Positions 41,906-52,100 of a stretch of DNA of 64,000 bases are shown here, one piece after another. The translations under genes were made by a program, and so were the position numbers. The stretch comes from Patescibacteria group bacterium (GTDB lineage Bacteria > Patescibacteriota > Minisyncoccia > Phycocordibacterales > SBAW01), in NCBI GenBank assembly GCA_016176685.1, contig JACOWS010000002.1, forward strand, positions 94,608-158,607, given 5' to 3'. The number at the start of each line of letters is the position of its first letter. Position 1 is the first letter of the stretch. The notes beneath the pieces are model-generated. The model worked only from the letters and a program-made list of their open reading frames with translations, searched no databases and had not been told where the DNA came from.

Positions 41906-43861
41906 GTGACGCATAATAAGGATTCTTCGGAGAAGAAGAGTATCTCCGGCATTATTGAAATAACCCGCCGCGGCGTAGGGTACGTACCTTTTAGCGCGAA
42001 AACTACAAAGGGTAGTAAATCTCTCGAGGACATCGAAATCCATACAGAAGACCTGGCTGGTGCCTTAAATGGCGACGAAGTGGAAGTAGCGGTGTCAAAC
42101 CTATTTCCACGCCCCAAGGGCTTTGTAATACGCGTAGTGGCGAGGGTAAAAGAGGATTTTGTCTGTACACTTAAAAAAGAGGGCGCGGTGATGTTTGCAT
42201 TGCCGGATGATAAAAAGTTTTATAAACCAATTCTACTAAAAAAAGTTCCGCCGTATGCCGAGGGAGAAAAGGTGCTGGTGCACCTGCTCTCTTTTGACGG
42301 AAAGACGGACCCGCTCGGGAGTGTGACCGAACACTTGGGCCGTGCGGGAGAACATCGCGTAGAGATGAACGCGATAGTTTTGGAAAAAGGATTTGCCACC
42401 CGCTTCCCTGAAGTGGTTCTGAAAGAGGCGCGAGAGATAGAGCGCACCCACAAAAAAACAATTCAAGAAGAGGCGCGCGTGCGCACCGACTTCCGCGACA
42501 CCCCGACCTTTACCATCGACCCCGCGGATGCAAAAGACTTTGACGATGCGCTTTCTTTTGTGGCACTCCAAGACGGCACGTTTGAGGTCGGGGTGCACAT
42601 TGCCGATGTCACTCACTTTGTGCGCCCCGGCATGGCGCTTGAGGAAGAGGTGGTTAAACGCGGCACGAGTGTCTACCTGGTTGACTCGACCATACCCATG
42701 CTCCCGTTTGAGTTGTCGGCCGGTGTATGCAGTTTAAAACCAGGCGAGGACCGACTCGCCTTCTCTGCTATCTTTCGCCTCAACGACCAAGGAAAGGTGC
42801 TTTCTAGGCGGTTTGAAAAGACAATTATCCGCTCACACAAACGCTTTAGTTACGAAGAGGCTCAATCGGTTCTCAACTCCGGCAAAGGGCACTTTGCCGC
42901 AGAGCTCTGCACCTTGCGACACCTTGCGCGCATCTTGCGCAAAGGTCGCGAGCAAAAAGGAGCTATAGACTTTGGCGACAACGAGGTGCGCTTTACCCTG
43001 GATGAACACGGCAAGCCGATCAGCGTGGTGCGCAAAGAGCGGCTAGAGACCATGCAGCTTATAGAGGAGTTTATGCTCCTGGCCAATCGCGCGGTGGCGG
43101 AGCATATACACGAGCTGGCTTCGAAGGTGCCTGAAAAGAGGATGGTGTTTCTCTACCGGATACACGACGAGCCGAAAGAAGACCGGATAGAGGAACTCGC
43201 CACTTTTGTGCGAGCTATTGGGTATGAGTTTGGGCAGCACAAAAAAACGCCAAGCGCCAAAGACATCGCTAAACTTTTAAAAGATATAGCCGGCAAGCCG
43301 GAAGAGCACTTGATACGCACGGCAACCCTGCGCTCGATGGCCAAGGCCATTTACTCGACCAAAAACATCGGGCACTTCGGCCTGGCTTTTGAACACTATA
43401 CGCACTTCACCTCGCCTATACGCCGCTACCCCGACATGCTGGCACATAGGATACTAGCTTCACACTTAAGCGGTGCCCCGATTGAGCGGCAAGAGTTTGC
43501 CGACCTAGAAAAGAAGTGCGTTGCCGCTTCCCTTTCCGAGGCAAAAGCGGTTGACGCAGAGCGCGAGTCTATACGCTACAAACAGGTGGAGTATATGGGC
43601 ACAAAAATTGGCCAAATGTTTGATGCCGTCATCTCCGGCGTTACAGACTGGGGACTGTATGTCGAAGAAAAAGGCAGCGCCGCCGAGGGGTTGGTGCGCA
43701 TCTCTACCATCGGCAGGGAGTTTTACCGCCACGACCCCAAAAAGTACGCCATTGTCGGCGAGCGTACTAAAACTAAATATACGTTGGGCGACCGTGTGCG
43801 GGTCAAGTTGGTGGCGGCAGACCTCTCCGCCCGCACGCTAGATTTTGAGTTAGGTAGGTAG
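41906..43861 (+). CDS. rnr: ribonuclease R / RNase II family 3'-5' exoribonuclease
   Basis: 651 aa. RNB domain motif FTIDPADAKDFDDALS. C-terminal S1 domain. Confidence 0.9.
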   Translation: MTHNKDSSEKKSISGIIEITRRGVGYVPFSAKTTKGSKSLEDIEIHTEDLAGALNGDEVEVAVSNLFPRPKGFVIRVVARVKEDFVCTLKKEGAVMFALPDDKKFYKPILLKKVPPYAEGEKVLVHLLSFDGKTDPLGSVTEHLGRAGEHRVEMNAIVLEKGFATRFPEVVLKEAREIERTHKKTIQEEARVRTDFRDTPTFTIDPADAKDFDDALSFVALQDGTFEVGVHIADVTHFVRPGMALEEEVVKRGTSVYLVDSTIPMLPFELSAGVCSLKPGEDRLAFSAIFRLNDQGKVLSRRFEKTIIRSHKRFSYEEAQSVLNSGKGHFAAELCTLRHLARILRKGREQKGAIDFGDNEVRFTLDEHGKPISVVRKERLETMQLIEEFMLLANRAVAEHIHELASKVPEKRMVFLYRIHDEPKEDRIEELATFVRAIGYEFGQHKKTPSAKDIAKLLKDIAGKPEEHLIRTATLRSMAKAIYSTKNIGHFGLAFEHYTHFTSPIRRYPDMLAHRILASHLSGAPIERQEFADLEKKCVAASLSEAKAVDAERESIRYKQVEYMGTKIGQMFDAVISGVTDWGLYVEEKGSAAEGLVRISTIGREFYRHDPKKYAIVGERTKTKYTLGDRVRVKLVAADLSARTLDFELGR

Positions 43862-43936
43862 TTGGGCGGAAAAGTCCTCCGTGCAGGAGTAGGGCTCTTG
43901 TTTATCTCTCCGGAGCGGAGGACTTTTCCGCCCAAC
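43861..43936. terminator. 21-bp perfect stem-loop filling the rnr/smc convergent junction (family element B)
   Basis: GTTGGGCGGAAAAGTCCTCCG ... CGGAGGACTTTTCCGCCCAAC. The loop carries TATCTCTCCGGAGCGGAGG, shared with the element at 27386..27446. Confidence 0.5.
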
Positions 43937-46180
43937 TTATTTCGCTACGGCGAGCGCTTCTTCGAATTTTACTGAAAGGAGTTTGGATGCACCATCGGTG
44001 CCCATGGTGATGCCGTAGAGGACGCCGGCACGCGACATTGTCTCGCGATTGTGGGTTATCAAAATGAGCTGTGACTTCTTCGCCAAATTTTCTATCATAT
44101 CGCCGTAGCGGCGGCTGTTGGCCTCGTCCAGTGCCGCATCTGTCTCGTCGAGTATCAAAAACGGCGGTGGATTGACCTGGCTCATGGCAAAAATGAGCGC
44201 GATGGAGGTAAGCGCGCGCTCTCCTCCCGAGAGCGCGTTGAGACCTTTGAGGCGCTTGTGCGGGAGGTTAACCGCAATGTCCACCCCCTCTTCCACAGCA
44301 ACATCCTCTTCGTCATCATTAAGGTTCGACCTTACATCAAGGCTCCCCAAGGTCGAACCTTTTCGTAATCTTTTCTCCTTTACGACAGAAAGCGTGGCGC
44401 TCCCGCCGCCAAACATCAGTTTAAAAAACGCGTCAAACTCCCTGTTGATTTTTTTAATACCTTCTACAAAACGGGTCTCTAGTGTGTCGGTAAGATTGCC
44501 GATAAGTGCGTGGAGTTTTTCGCTCGAGGTCTCTAGGTCGGCCAACTCGCGGGCAAGAAACTGGTCGCGCTTTGTGGTGTCCTGGTACTCTTTAAGCACC
44601 TCCGCTCCCCCTCCAGCGCCAAGCCCTTCGAGTTTTATTTTCATCCTCTCAAGCGCCCTTCGTCTGCCTTCTTGTTTTGTACGTGACTCTTCCATTATTT
44701 CTGCAGTACCAACCTCCTCACCTCCCGCGGCGCTGATGCGGTAAGATTCGTACTCTAAAATTTCGCGCCCCAACAGCACTCCCGCTTCGGTAAACTCGGC
44801 CTTAAACGCCGCCTGGTCGCGCGCCAACATCTCCCCCTTGGCGCGCAAGCCCACCAATTGTGCCTCAAGCTCTCCGCGGCGAGCCATTGCCTCAAACAAT
44901 TCCCTCTGGGCCTCGTTTGCCGCGTCTTTCTCACTTTCTATACGGCGGCGCAGTGCGGCGACCTCAACCACCATGCGCTCTTCAACATTACCGATGTCGC
45001 AGAGCTCTTTTTCAAGTACGCGCTTTCTTTTTGCCAGTTCTTCGCCCTCTTTGGCGGGGACGTCCAGCGCCGTGATGCGTCCCACAAAATCTTTGGCGAT
45101 AGCGATGAGTGTTTTTATACGGTTGGTAAGTTCCGCGCCTTCAAGCGAGAGTGCTTCGCTAAGACCCTGCTCTACCTGCGTCGCAAATGCGCGTGTTTCC
45201 GCCGCTGGTACCTGCCCCTCTTGGTGCGCCACAAGGCGAGTGTGTGCGGCAAGCTCGCCCTCGATGCGGCCAAGCTCGCGGGTAACCGCCTCTTTGCGCT
45301 CACGTGCGGTGCGACCTCGAGCCTCAAGCGCTATAAGCTCCTTGGTATCCCTGTCACCACCTTTCTTTCCGCTAAGTTCTTCGCGCAAGCCGGCAATGCG
45401 TTGGTCGAGCGCCGCGCGCTCGGCAAGAGGAACTTCGTTTGCATCAGCCAATTCCTGCCCAACTTTTGCAATATAGACACTTTCCCGCTTAAGATACTCG
45501 GCATAAGCGCTGACGAGTGTATCGCGTAGTTCTTTCGCCTCTTCAATTTTTTTTACCTGGGCGGCAAGAAACTTTATGTGTGGCATAAGTTCGCGACGCA
45601 AGCTTGCCACCTCGCGCATATTTTCTGCAGTTTTTGCCATCTTGCGCTCGGCCTCTTCTCTCTTATATAGGTATGCGGTTAAACCAAGTGCATCCTCTAG
45701 CATCTCCCGACGCTCGCGGGTAGAGGCTAAGAGCGCGCGGTCTGCCTCGCCTTGTGAGATGATGTGGTGTCCCGTGCCGCCTATGTTGGCCTGCGACAAG
45801 AGCTCGGCTATGTCGCGCAGACGCACCTGCGAATTATTCAACAGGTAGTCGTTGACGCCGTCGCGGTGGACCACGCGTTCTATCACCACCTCGTCAAAGT
45901 CGAGGTTTAACCCGCGGTCGTGGTTGTCAAAGGTGAGCTTAACGCTTGCGCGGCCGGCGCGTGGCGAGCTTGTCGAACCATTCCATATCAAATCTTCTCC
46001 GCGCCGGCCGCGCATCGACTTCATCGACTGCTCGCCCAGGCAAAAGCGAAATGCCTCCGCAATGTTGCTCTTGCCGGAGCCGTTTGGGCCGACTATGCCG
46101 GTGACCGCGGACCCAAACTGTAGTTGGGTCTTTTTAACAAACGACTTGAACCCCGCGAGCTCTACCGACTTCAATCGCAT
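43937..46180 (-). CDS. smc: SMC-family chromosome segregation ATPase, shortened (~747 aa)
   Basis: ORF 43937..46306. Start at MRLKSVELAGFKSF. Walker A GPNGSGKSN. C-terminal LSGGERALTSIALIFA...LILDETDAALD. Long coiled coils. Confidence 0.85.
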   Translation of the reverse strand: MRLKSVELAGFKSFVKKTQLQFGSAVTGIVGPNGSGKSNIAEAFRFCLGEQSMKSMRGRRGEDLIWNGSTSSPRAGRASVKLTFDNHDRGLNLDFDEVVIERVVHRDGVNDYLLNNSQVRLRDIAELLSQANIGGTGHHIISQGEADRALLASTRERREMLEDALGLTAYLYKREEAERKMAKTAENMREVASLRRELMPHIKFLAAQVKKIEEAKELRDTLVSAYAEYLKRESVYIAKVGQELADANEVPLAERAALDQRIAGLREELSGKKGGDRDTKELIALEARGRTARERKEAVTRELGRIEGELAAHTRLVAHQEGQVPAAETRAFATQVEQGLSEALSLEGAELTNRIKTLIAIAKDFVGRITALDVPAKEGEELAKRKRVLEKELCDIGNVEERMVVEVAALRRRIESEKDAANEAQRELFEAMARRGELEAQLVGLRAKGEMLARDQAAFKAEFTEAGVLLGREILEYESYRISAAGGEEVGTAEIMEESRTKQEGRRRALERMKIKLEGLGAGGGAEVLKEYQDTTKRDQFLARELADLETSSEKLHALIGNLTDTLETRFVEGIKKINREFDAFFKLMFGGGSATLSVVKEKRLRKGSTLGSLDVRSNLNDDEEDVAVEEGVDIAVNLPHKRLKGLNALSGGERALTSIALIFAMSQVNPPPFLILDETDAALDEANSRRYGDMIENLAKKSQLILITHNRETMSRAGVLYGITMGTDGASKLLSVKFEEALAVAK

Positions 46181-46193
46181 GGTATGTATGGTA

Positions 46194-46895
46194 TCACCAC
46201 CCTTTTTCCTCAAGCGCATTTTGAGACGCGTCTTGCTCGGCCTCTTGTTTGCTTTTGCCGCTCCCTTCCGCCAAGAGCATATTTTTGACATACACTCCCA
46301 CGACAAACACTTTGTCGTGGTCTGGGCCGGTCTCGCGGATAACCGAGTAAAAAGGAGTGGCTCCTTCGGCTTCTTGCACTTTTTCCTGCAGGGTAGACTT
46401 GGAGTCGCGCCAAAGATTTTTCTTCACTATTTCGTCAATTTTTACCAGGAGATGCGCGGTGATAAAGTTTTTTGCCGCATCATATCCCTGGTCTAGGTAA
46501 ATGGCGCCGATGAGCGCCTCAAATGCGTTGGCAAGGAGCACTCCGCGCGCGCGGCCCTGGTCTTTTGCCTCGCCGCGCGACAAGAGTAAAAAGTCGTTCA
46601 TTTTTATGTCGTTTGCCACCGCGGCGCAGGTCACTGCATTAACCAAAGCCGCGCGATAGGCGGTCAGATCCCCCTCGGTTTTTTCCGGAAATTTATTGTA
46701 CAAAAAATGTGTTGAGACAAGCTCAAGCACCGCATCTCCCAAAAACTCTAAGCGCTCGTTGTGCTCAAGCGCTTCGCCGCGATGCTCGTTTAAGTAGGAG
46801 CGGTGCGTAAACGCCTGCCGCAAGAGCGCCGGGTTTTTAAACGTGAGGTTAAGACTGTGTGCAAAGGTATGTATGTCGCCCTGGGTGTCGTTCAT
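46194..46895 (-). CDS. rnc: ribonuclease III
   Basis: ERLEFLGDAVLELVSTHFLY signature plus dsRBD. Confidence 0.9.
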   Translation of the reverse strand: MNDTQGDIHTFAHSLNLTFKNPALLRQAFTHRSYLNEHRGEALEHNERLEFLGDAVLELVSTHFLYNKFPEKTEGDLTAYRAALVNAVTCAAVANDIKMNDFLLLSRGEAKDQGRARGVLLANAFEALIGAIYLDQGYDAAKNFITAHLLVKIDEIVKKNLWRDSKSTLQEKVQEAEGATPFYSVIRETGPDHDKVFVVGVYVKNMLLAEGSGKSKQEAEQDASQNALEEKGW

Positions 46896-47812
46896 GTCTT
46901 TTTGCCTGTCCGTGCTGGCTTTTGATTATCGTGTAACAACTGCATTGCTTTGGTTACAATTGGGAGCACATCATCGTAAAAGTTAAGTTCGAGAGCGTCG
47001 TGGAGTTTAAACCAGCGGGCATCGTCGAGCCCGCCGGTTTGTTTAAGCGTGATTTCCGAAAAAGGCGACTCTGCCAAAAAGTATGTCACCTGTTTGCGTT
47101 TTTTACCCACCTCGGGGTCGGAGGCGATATACTCGTTCTCGCCCACCTTGTGTTTGATGGTGATGTCGAGATTCATCTCCTCTTTTATCTCGCGCACGGT
47201 GGCTTGCTCGACCTCTTCATTTTCCTCGATACGGCCCTTGGAAAGCGTCCAGTGCCCAAAGATGTCATGCACGAGTGCGAGATACAACTCGCCCTGGTGT
47301 TTCGCATAGACTATCGCTCCGCCCAGGCGCTCGAGCGGCATCTGCTCGTACGGGACCGTCTTTTTCTTTTTTGAAGTTTCGTCCTTGCCGGGCTCGCCGA
47401 GCTCTTTGTATACCGCTCCCAACACCCCGTTGACAAAACGGCCGCTGTTTTCGCCGCCAAAACTTTTGGCAAGTTCTATGGCCTCGTTGATAGCCACTTT
47501 GGCCGGCACCTTGTCGCGGTCGGCAAACAAGAGCTCAAAGAGCCCGAGCCGCAAAACATTCCTGTCGACCGGTGCGATACGCGCAAGCGGCCACTCGGGG
47601 GCCGCTTTTTCTATCACGAGGTCAAGGTCGCCACGGCGCTCGATAACTCCTTTTAAAAGGTCGGCCATAAAAGCCGAGTCACCCGCCGCAGGAGCGAACT
47701 CCGCCGTGTTACGCAGAAGCGACTCGTGAGCAGAGGCGCTGGTGGCATTGCGGAAGTCCCACTCGAAGAGCGATTGTAGGACGACCGATCTTGAAAGGTG
47801 CCTGTTTGCCAT
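46892..47812 (-). CDS. nusB: NusB antitermination factor fused to a C-terminal NUDIX hydrolase domain
   Basis: 306 aa. Residues 1-150 are NusB (RHLSRSVVLQSLFEWDF...AINEAIELAKSFGGENSGRFVNGVLGAV). Residues ~185-300 carry the Nudix box GHWTLSKGRIEENEEVEQATVREIKEEMNL. Confidence 0.8.
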   Translation of the reverse strand: MANRHLSRSVVLQSLFEWDFRNATSASAHESLLRNTAEFAPAAGDSAFMADLLKGVIERRGDLDLVIEKAAPEWPLARIAPVDRNVLRLGLFELLFADRDKVPAKVAINEAIELAKSFGGENSGRFVNGVLGAVYKELGEPGKDETSKKKKTVPYEQMPLERLGGAIVYAKHQGELYLALVHDIFGHWTLSKGRIEENEEVEQATVREIKEEMNLDITIKHKVGENEYIASDPEVGKKRKQVTYFLAESPFSEITLKQTGGLDDARWFKLHDALELNFYDDVLPIVTKAMQLLHDNQKPARTGKKT

Positions 47813-47884
47813 TGTTTTTAAAGAGCTCCTCTACCTCCACTCCCCCGCACAAAGAAACAAAGCCGACGCTCCGGTCTGCTGTAG

Positions 47885-48133
47885 TTACCGGCTCTCGGAT
47901 TTGCTTCCTTCCTTCTTCTTCACCTTTTCTCGCTTAGCTGCCTTAGCGGCCGCTTTGCTTGCATGGTCAACAACGACACGGCCCTTGTACCGGCCGCACG
48001 AAGCACACGCGCGGTGCGACAGACGCGCCGCCCCGCACTCGCAGGTTGAGAGCCCCTGCGCTTTGAGCGCATGGTGGCTGCGGCGGTTAGCCGTGTGGGC
48101 CCTGGTGTGTCGCATCCTGACGACCATGCTCAC
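47885..48133 (-). CDS. rpmF: 50S ribosomal protein L32
   Basis: 82 aa. RRSHHALK...C.CG...C..CG.YKGR zinc ribbon. Confidence 0.85.
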   Translation of the reverse strand: MSMVVRMRHTRAHTANRRSHHALKAQGLSTCECGAARLSHRACASCGRYKGRVVVDHASKAAAKAAKREKVKKKEGSKSESR

Positions 48134-48177
48134 ACTGTAGCAAGAACACCCTTAAAACACAATCGGGTGTGGGTATG

Positions 48178-48219
48178 TGAAAAGCCGGCCGCGTTGATAC
48201 GCGCCGGCTTTTGATTTTT
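48178..48219. terminator. intrinsic terminator hairpin flanked by A-tract and T-tract (bidirectional)
   Basis: AAAAGCCGGCCGCG-TTGATA-CGCGCCGGC-TTTTGATTTTTT. Confidence 0.5.
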
Positions 48220-48556
48220 TCTCCGTTGAAGATTATTCGGCGTGCAGATCTTGACCTGCTTGTGCCGGCGACTGCGAGGTGCGTGGCGAAGGTAAAAACT
48301 CCGCACACTTACACGGGATATGTCTTGTCCCATACTTGAGACATACTACCTCGGTAGGTGTCGACCCCATGCAAGGAGAGAACATATCCTCTCCTCCGTA
48401 TGTGCACCTCGCACAAAGGCACGTTTGATGTTTGCCCTTTCCACCATTTTTTAGACTCACGATTTCCTCCTCAAGTCTTTTGGTTTAAATTTTCCAACCC
48501 AAAAAACAAACAACAACTGATGATAAATACTACGCAACTTATGTTGCACTGTCAAC

Positions 48557-49132
48557 TTACAAAAAACTGCGGCGGTGTATAGCTGACGGCCCGTGTTTTT
48601 TAAGTGCGCCGTAGTGCGCCTTGGTGCCGTATCCTTTGTGCGTTTCAAATCCATATTCCGGATAGCGCATGGCAAGCCGCCGCATCAGCCGGTCGCGGCG
48701 CACCTTGGCGGCTATGGAGGCCAGCGATATCAGTGGCTCGGTTTCGTCTCCCCGTATGATAGTTTGTTGGAAAATAAACCGCGCGGGCGCCTTGAGTGAG
48801 CCGTCTAAAAGAATACGGGAGGTTTCTGCCGATGCTTCCAAAGAGCGCAGCGCCCGCGCGAGCGCTACCTGCACGGCAGGAACAATACCTTTAGCATCTA
48901 TGTAATGTGCAGAGGAAAAAACCACGGCGTAACGCAGACCCTCCTCTTGTTCTAAAATACGCAGCTTTTCAAACCAAATCTCCCGCCCCAGCTCCGACAT
49001 CTGCTTACTGTCGCGTACGCCCGCAAGCAATGCAAAGTCGAAGTGGCGCGGCACCGCAACCGCTCCAACCGCCACGGGCCCGGCCAAAGGCCCGCGGCCC
49101 GCCTCGTCTATGCCAATCAACAATCGCGCCAT
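48557..49132 (-). CDS. rnhB: ribonuclease HII
   Basis: Track ORF 48557..49741. RNase HII starts at MARLLIGIDEAGRGPLAGPV. The upstream 200 codons of the ORF are non-homologous read-through. Confidence 0.85.
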   Translation of the reverse strand: MARLLIGIDEAGRGPLAGPVAVGAVAVPRHFDFALLAGVRDSKQMSELGREIWFEKLRILEQEEGLRYAVVFSSAHYIDAKGIVPAVQVALARALRSLEASAETSRILLDGSLKAPARFIFQQTIIRGDETEPLISLASIAAKVRRDRLMRRLAMRYPEYGFETHKGYGTKAHYGALKKHGPSAIHRRSFL

Positions 49133-49150
49133 TAGTAGTAGTATAGAGGT

Positions 49151-52100
49151 ATGGCGGCTCCGTTTGTACACTTGCATGTCCACTCGCACTACTCCCTGCT
49201 TAAAGCCCTGCCCAAAATCCCCGACCTGGTAGCTGCGGCAAAAAAAGAGGGGTGCGAGGCGCTCGCGCTCACCGACCTTGGCAGCATGTATGGCACCATC
49301 GAATTTATAAAAGAGTGCCGCAAGGCCGATATAAAACCAATCGTCGGGCTCGACATCGCGGCCGAGGGAGGCGGGCGCATCATCCTTTTGGTAGAAAACG
49401 CGGCTGGGTACAAAAACCTGCTGGCGCTTATAACCGCCGCCAACTTTGCCGAGCACCAGGGCGAGCCATTGGTGACCCTTGAGGAACTTGCGGGCCGCAC
49501 CGAGGGGCTCCTTGCCATAGGAAATCATCTGGGCGGAGTTCGTGTGTTTGAGTATCAGAAACTGTTTGGCAAAGATAATTTTTATGCCAATGTCGCGATG
49601 CAGGAAATCTTTTATATTGCACCTGGGGACCGGCGCGCGTGGGAAACGCTGTGCGCCATAGGCGAGCGCGGGCCCGCCGACCGTGGCGACATAAACGACG
49701 AGGAGGAGAGCTACGCCTTCCCCACCGCTAAAGAAATGCAAAAACGCTTTTCAAAAGAAGCGCTCGATCAAACGCTGGCCATAGCGGCGCGATGCAACCT
49801 GGAGATTACTCTCGGCTCGTGGATATTCCCACCCTACCTTACCCAAAAAGGCGCTACCTATGACCAAGAACTGCGCCGCAATATAGAAAAAGGGTTGGCC
49901 GACCGCGGGCTCACAAAGACACCAGCCGTATGTGAGCGCATCGAGTACGAATATAAAATCATTTGCGACAAAGGGTACTCGCCGTACTTTTTGGTGGTTG
50001 CCGACCTTCTCCATTTTGCTCGCGAAAGCGGGATACTCGCCACCACGCGCGGCAGCGCCGGCGGCTCGCTCATTTCCTACTTAACCGGCGTCACCACCAT
50101 AAATCCGCTCGAGTATCTGCTACCCTTCGAGCGCTTTTTAAACCCCGAGCGCCCAAAAGCACCCGACATCGACATGGACTTTGCCGACAACCGCCGCGAC
50201 GAAGTTATAGACTACGTCCGCACAACGTACGGCGAAAACCGGGTAGCACAGATAGGCACCTTTGGTACTATGCTCGCGCGCGGGGTGGTGCGCGACGTGG
50301 CGCGTGCGCTTGGGCACCCGTACGGACTCGGCGACCGCATCGCGCGCGAAGTGCCGTTTGGTAGCCAAGGGTTCCCCATGACGCTTGACCGCGCGCTTGA
50401 AGAAAACTCGGCGCTGAAAAAAATGTACGAGAGCGAGCCCGACGTACACGACATTATCGACTTGGGAAAAAAAATAGAGGGCTGTGCGCGCCACATCTCG
50501 GTGCACGCGGCCGGGGTGGTTATCGCACCTGGACCCTTACTCGAGTACGCACCGCTTCAACGCGACCCAAAGGGGGGAAAAATTATCACCCAGTACGACA
50601 TGTACTCCATAACCGACGAGTATGGCGGCGTGGGGTTGCTCAAGTTTGACTTCCTTGGCATACGCAACCTGGCGATTTTAGCGCATGCGGTGAAGCTCGT
50701 GGAGCATATACGAGGGATAAGAGTAGACATAGAGCGCGTCCCCGTGGATGATGCCAAAACATTCGAGATGCTCGCGCGCGGCGAAACCGAGGGGACCTTC
50801 CAGCTGGGCGGCGCCGGGATGACACGGTATCTAAAAGAATTGCGGCCAACCTCCATACACGACATCAACGCGATGGTTGCGCTCTTCCGCCCCGGGCCGA
50901 TGGAGACCATTCCTTCCTACATTGAGCGCAAGCACAACCCCGCGCTCATTACCTACCTCGACCCGCGGATGAAGGATTATCTCGACTTTTCCTACGGCCT
51001 GTTGGTGTACCAGGATGACGTGCTGTTGAGCGCAATAAAAATCGCCGGCTACTCGTGGCTAGAGGCCGACGCTCTGCGCAAAGCGATGGGTAAAAAGATC
51101 CCCGCAGAGATGGAAAAGCAACGGGAAAAACTTATCGCGGGCGCGGTAAAAAACGGGATGTCGCCACAAAAAGCGGAACAGTTGTGGAAACTCATCGAGC
51201 CTTTTGCGGCGTACGGTTTTGGCAAGGCGCACGCCGCAAGTTATGGGCGCGTGGCATACCAAACCGCGTATATGAAGGCAAATTTCCCCGTGGAGTACAT
51301 GGCGGCGGTACTCACCGCCGAGGCGGGCGACATCGACACCGTGTCGGTGATGGTGCGCGAGTGCAAGCGCATGGGCGTGCCGGTCCTGCCGCCGGACATA
51401 AATGAGAGTTTTGGCGACTTTACCGTGGTGCTTAAGGGGTCGGGAAATCCTAAGGTGGAGCCTATTACTCGCTTTGCTCATGGCTCAGTCTCCACTTTAG
51501 GATTTCCCGACCCAAAAAAAGCTCCGCCTCCTGGGGGCGAGACTGAGCCGTCCGCAAAGCGGACTATAGGCTCGCCCCCAGGAGGCGGAGCTGCGGTAAA
51601 GGACTCGATCCGTTTCGGCCTTTACTCTATTAAAAATGTTGGCAGCGGTGTGGCCGACAGCATTATAGCCGAGCGTAAAGCACGGGGTCCTTTTGTATCT
51701 ATCTCCGACTTTTTGCGCCGCATCAAAGACCAAAACCTCAACAAAAGAGGGCTCGAGTCTTTAATAGAGTGCGGTGCGCTTGATTGTCTTGGCGAGCTTG
51801 GTTCGACAGACGCCGGCCGCGGCGCCATGCTCGCATCGATAGAGCTTTTGCTAGAGTATCACCGCGAAATGTCCAAAGAACAGCCGCAAGACTCGCTCTT
51901 TGCCGGGCAGGGTGACACGGCCGACATCACACTGCCGCCTGCAGAAGCCGCCACGCAAGCACAGCGCCTTGCGTGGGAAAAGGAGCTCCTTGGGCTCTAC
52001 GTTTCCGGACACCCGCTCGACCGGTTTACAGAACAACTTTCCAAACGGCCGATGACCTTGGAAGAGTTGCACAAAAAAATGACACCGGGTATGACCGCCA

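Noticed and set aside
48557-49741. 394-aa extended form of the rnhB ORF
   Set aside because: Only the last 191 aa (from MARLLIGIDEAGRGP) match RNase HII. The upstream 200 codons are unconserved read-through, and the true start at 49132 leaves a sensible divergent spacer to dnaE.
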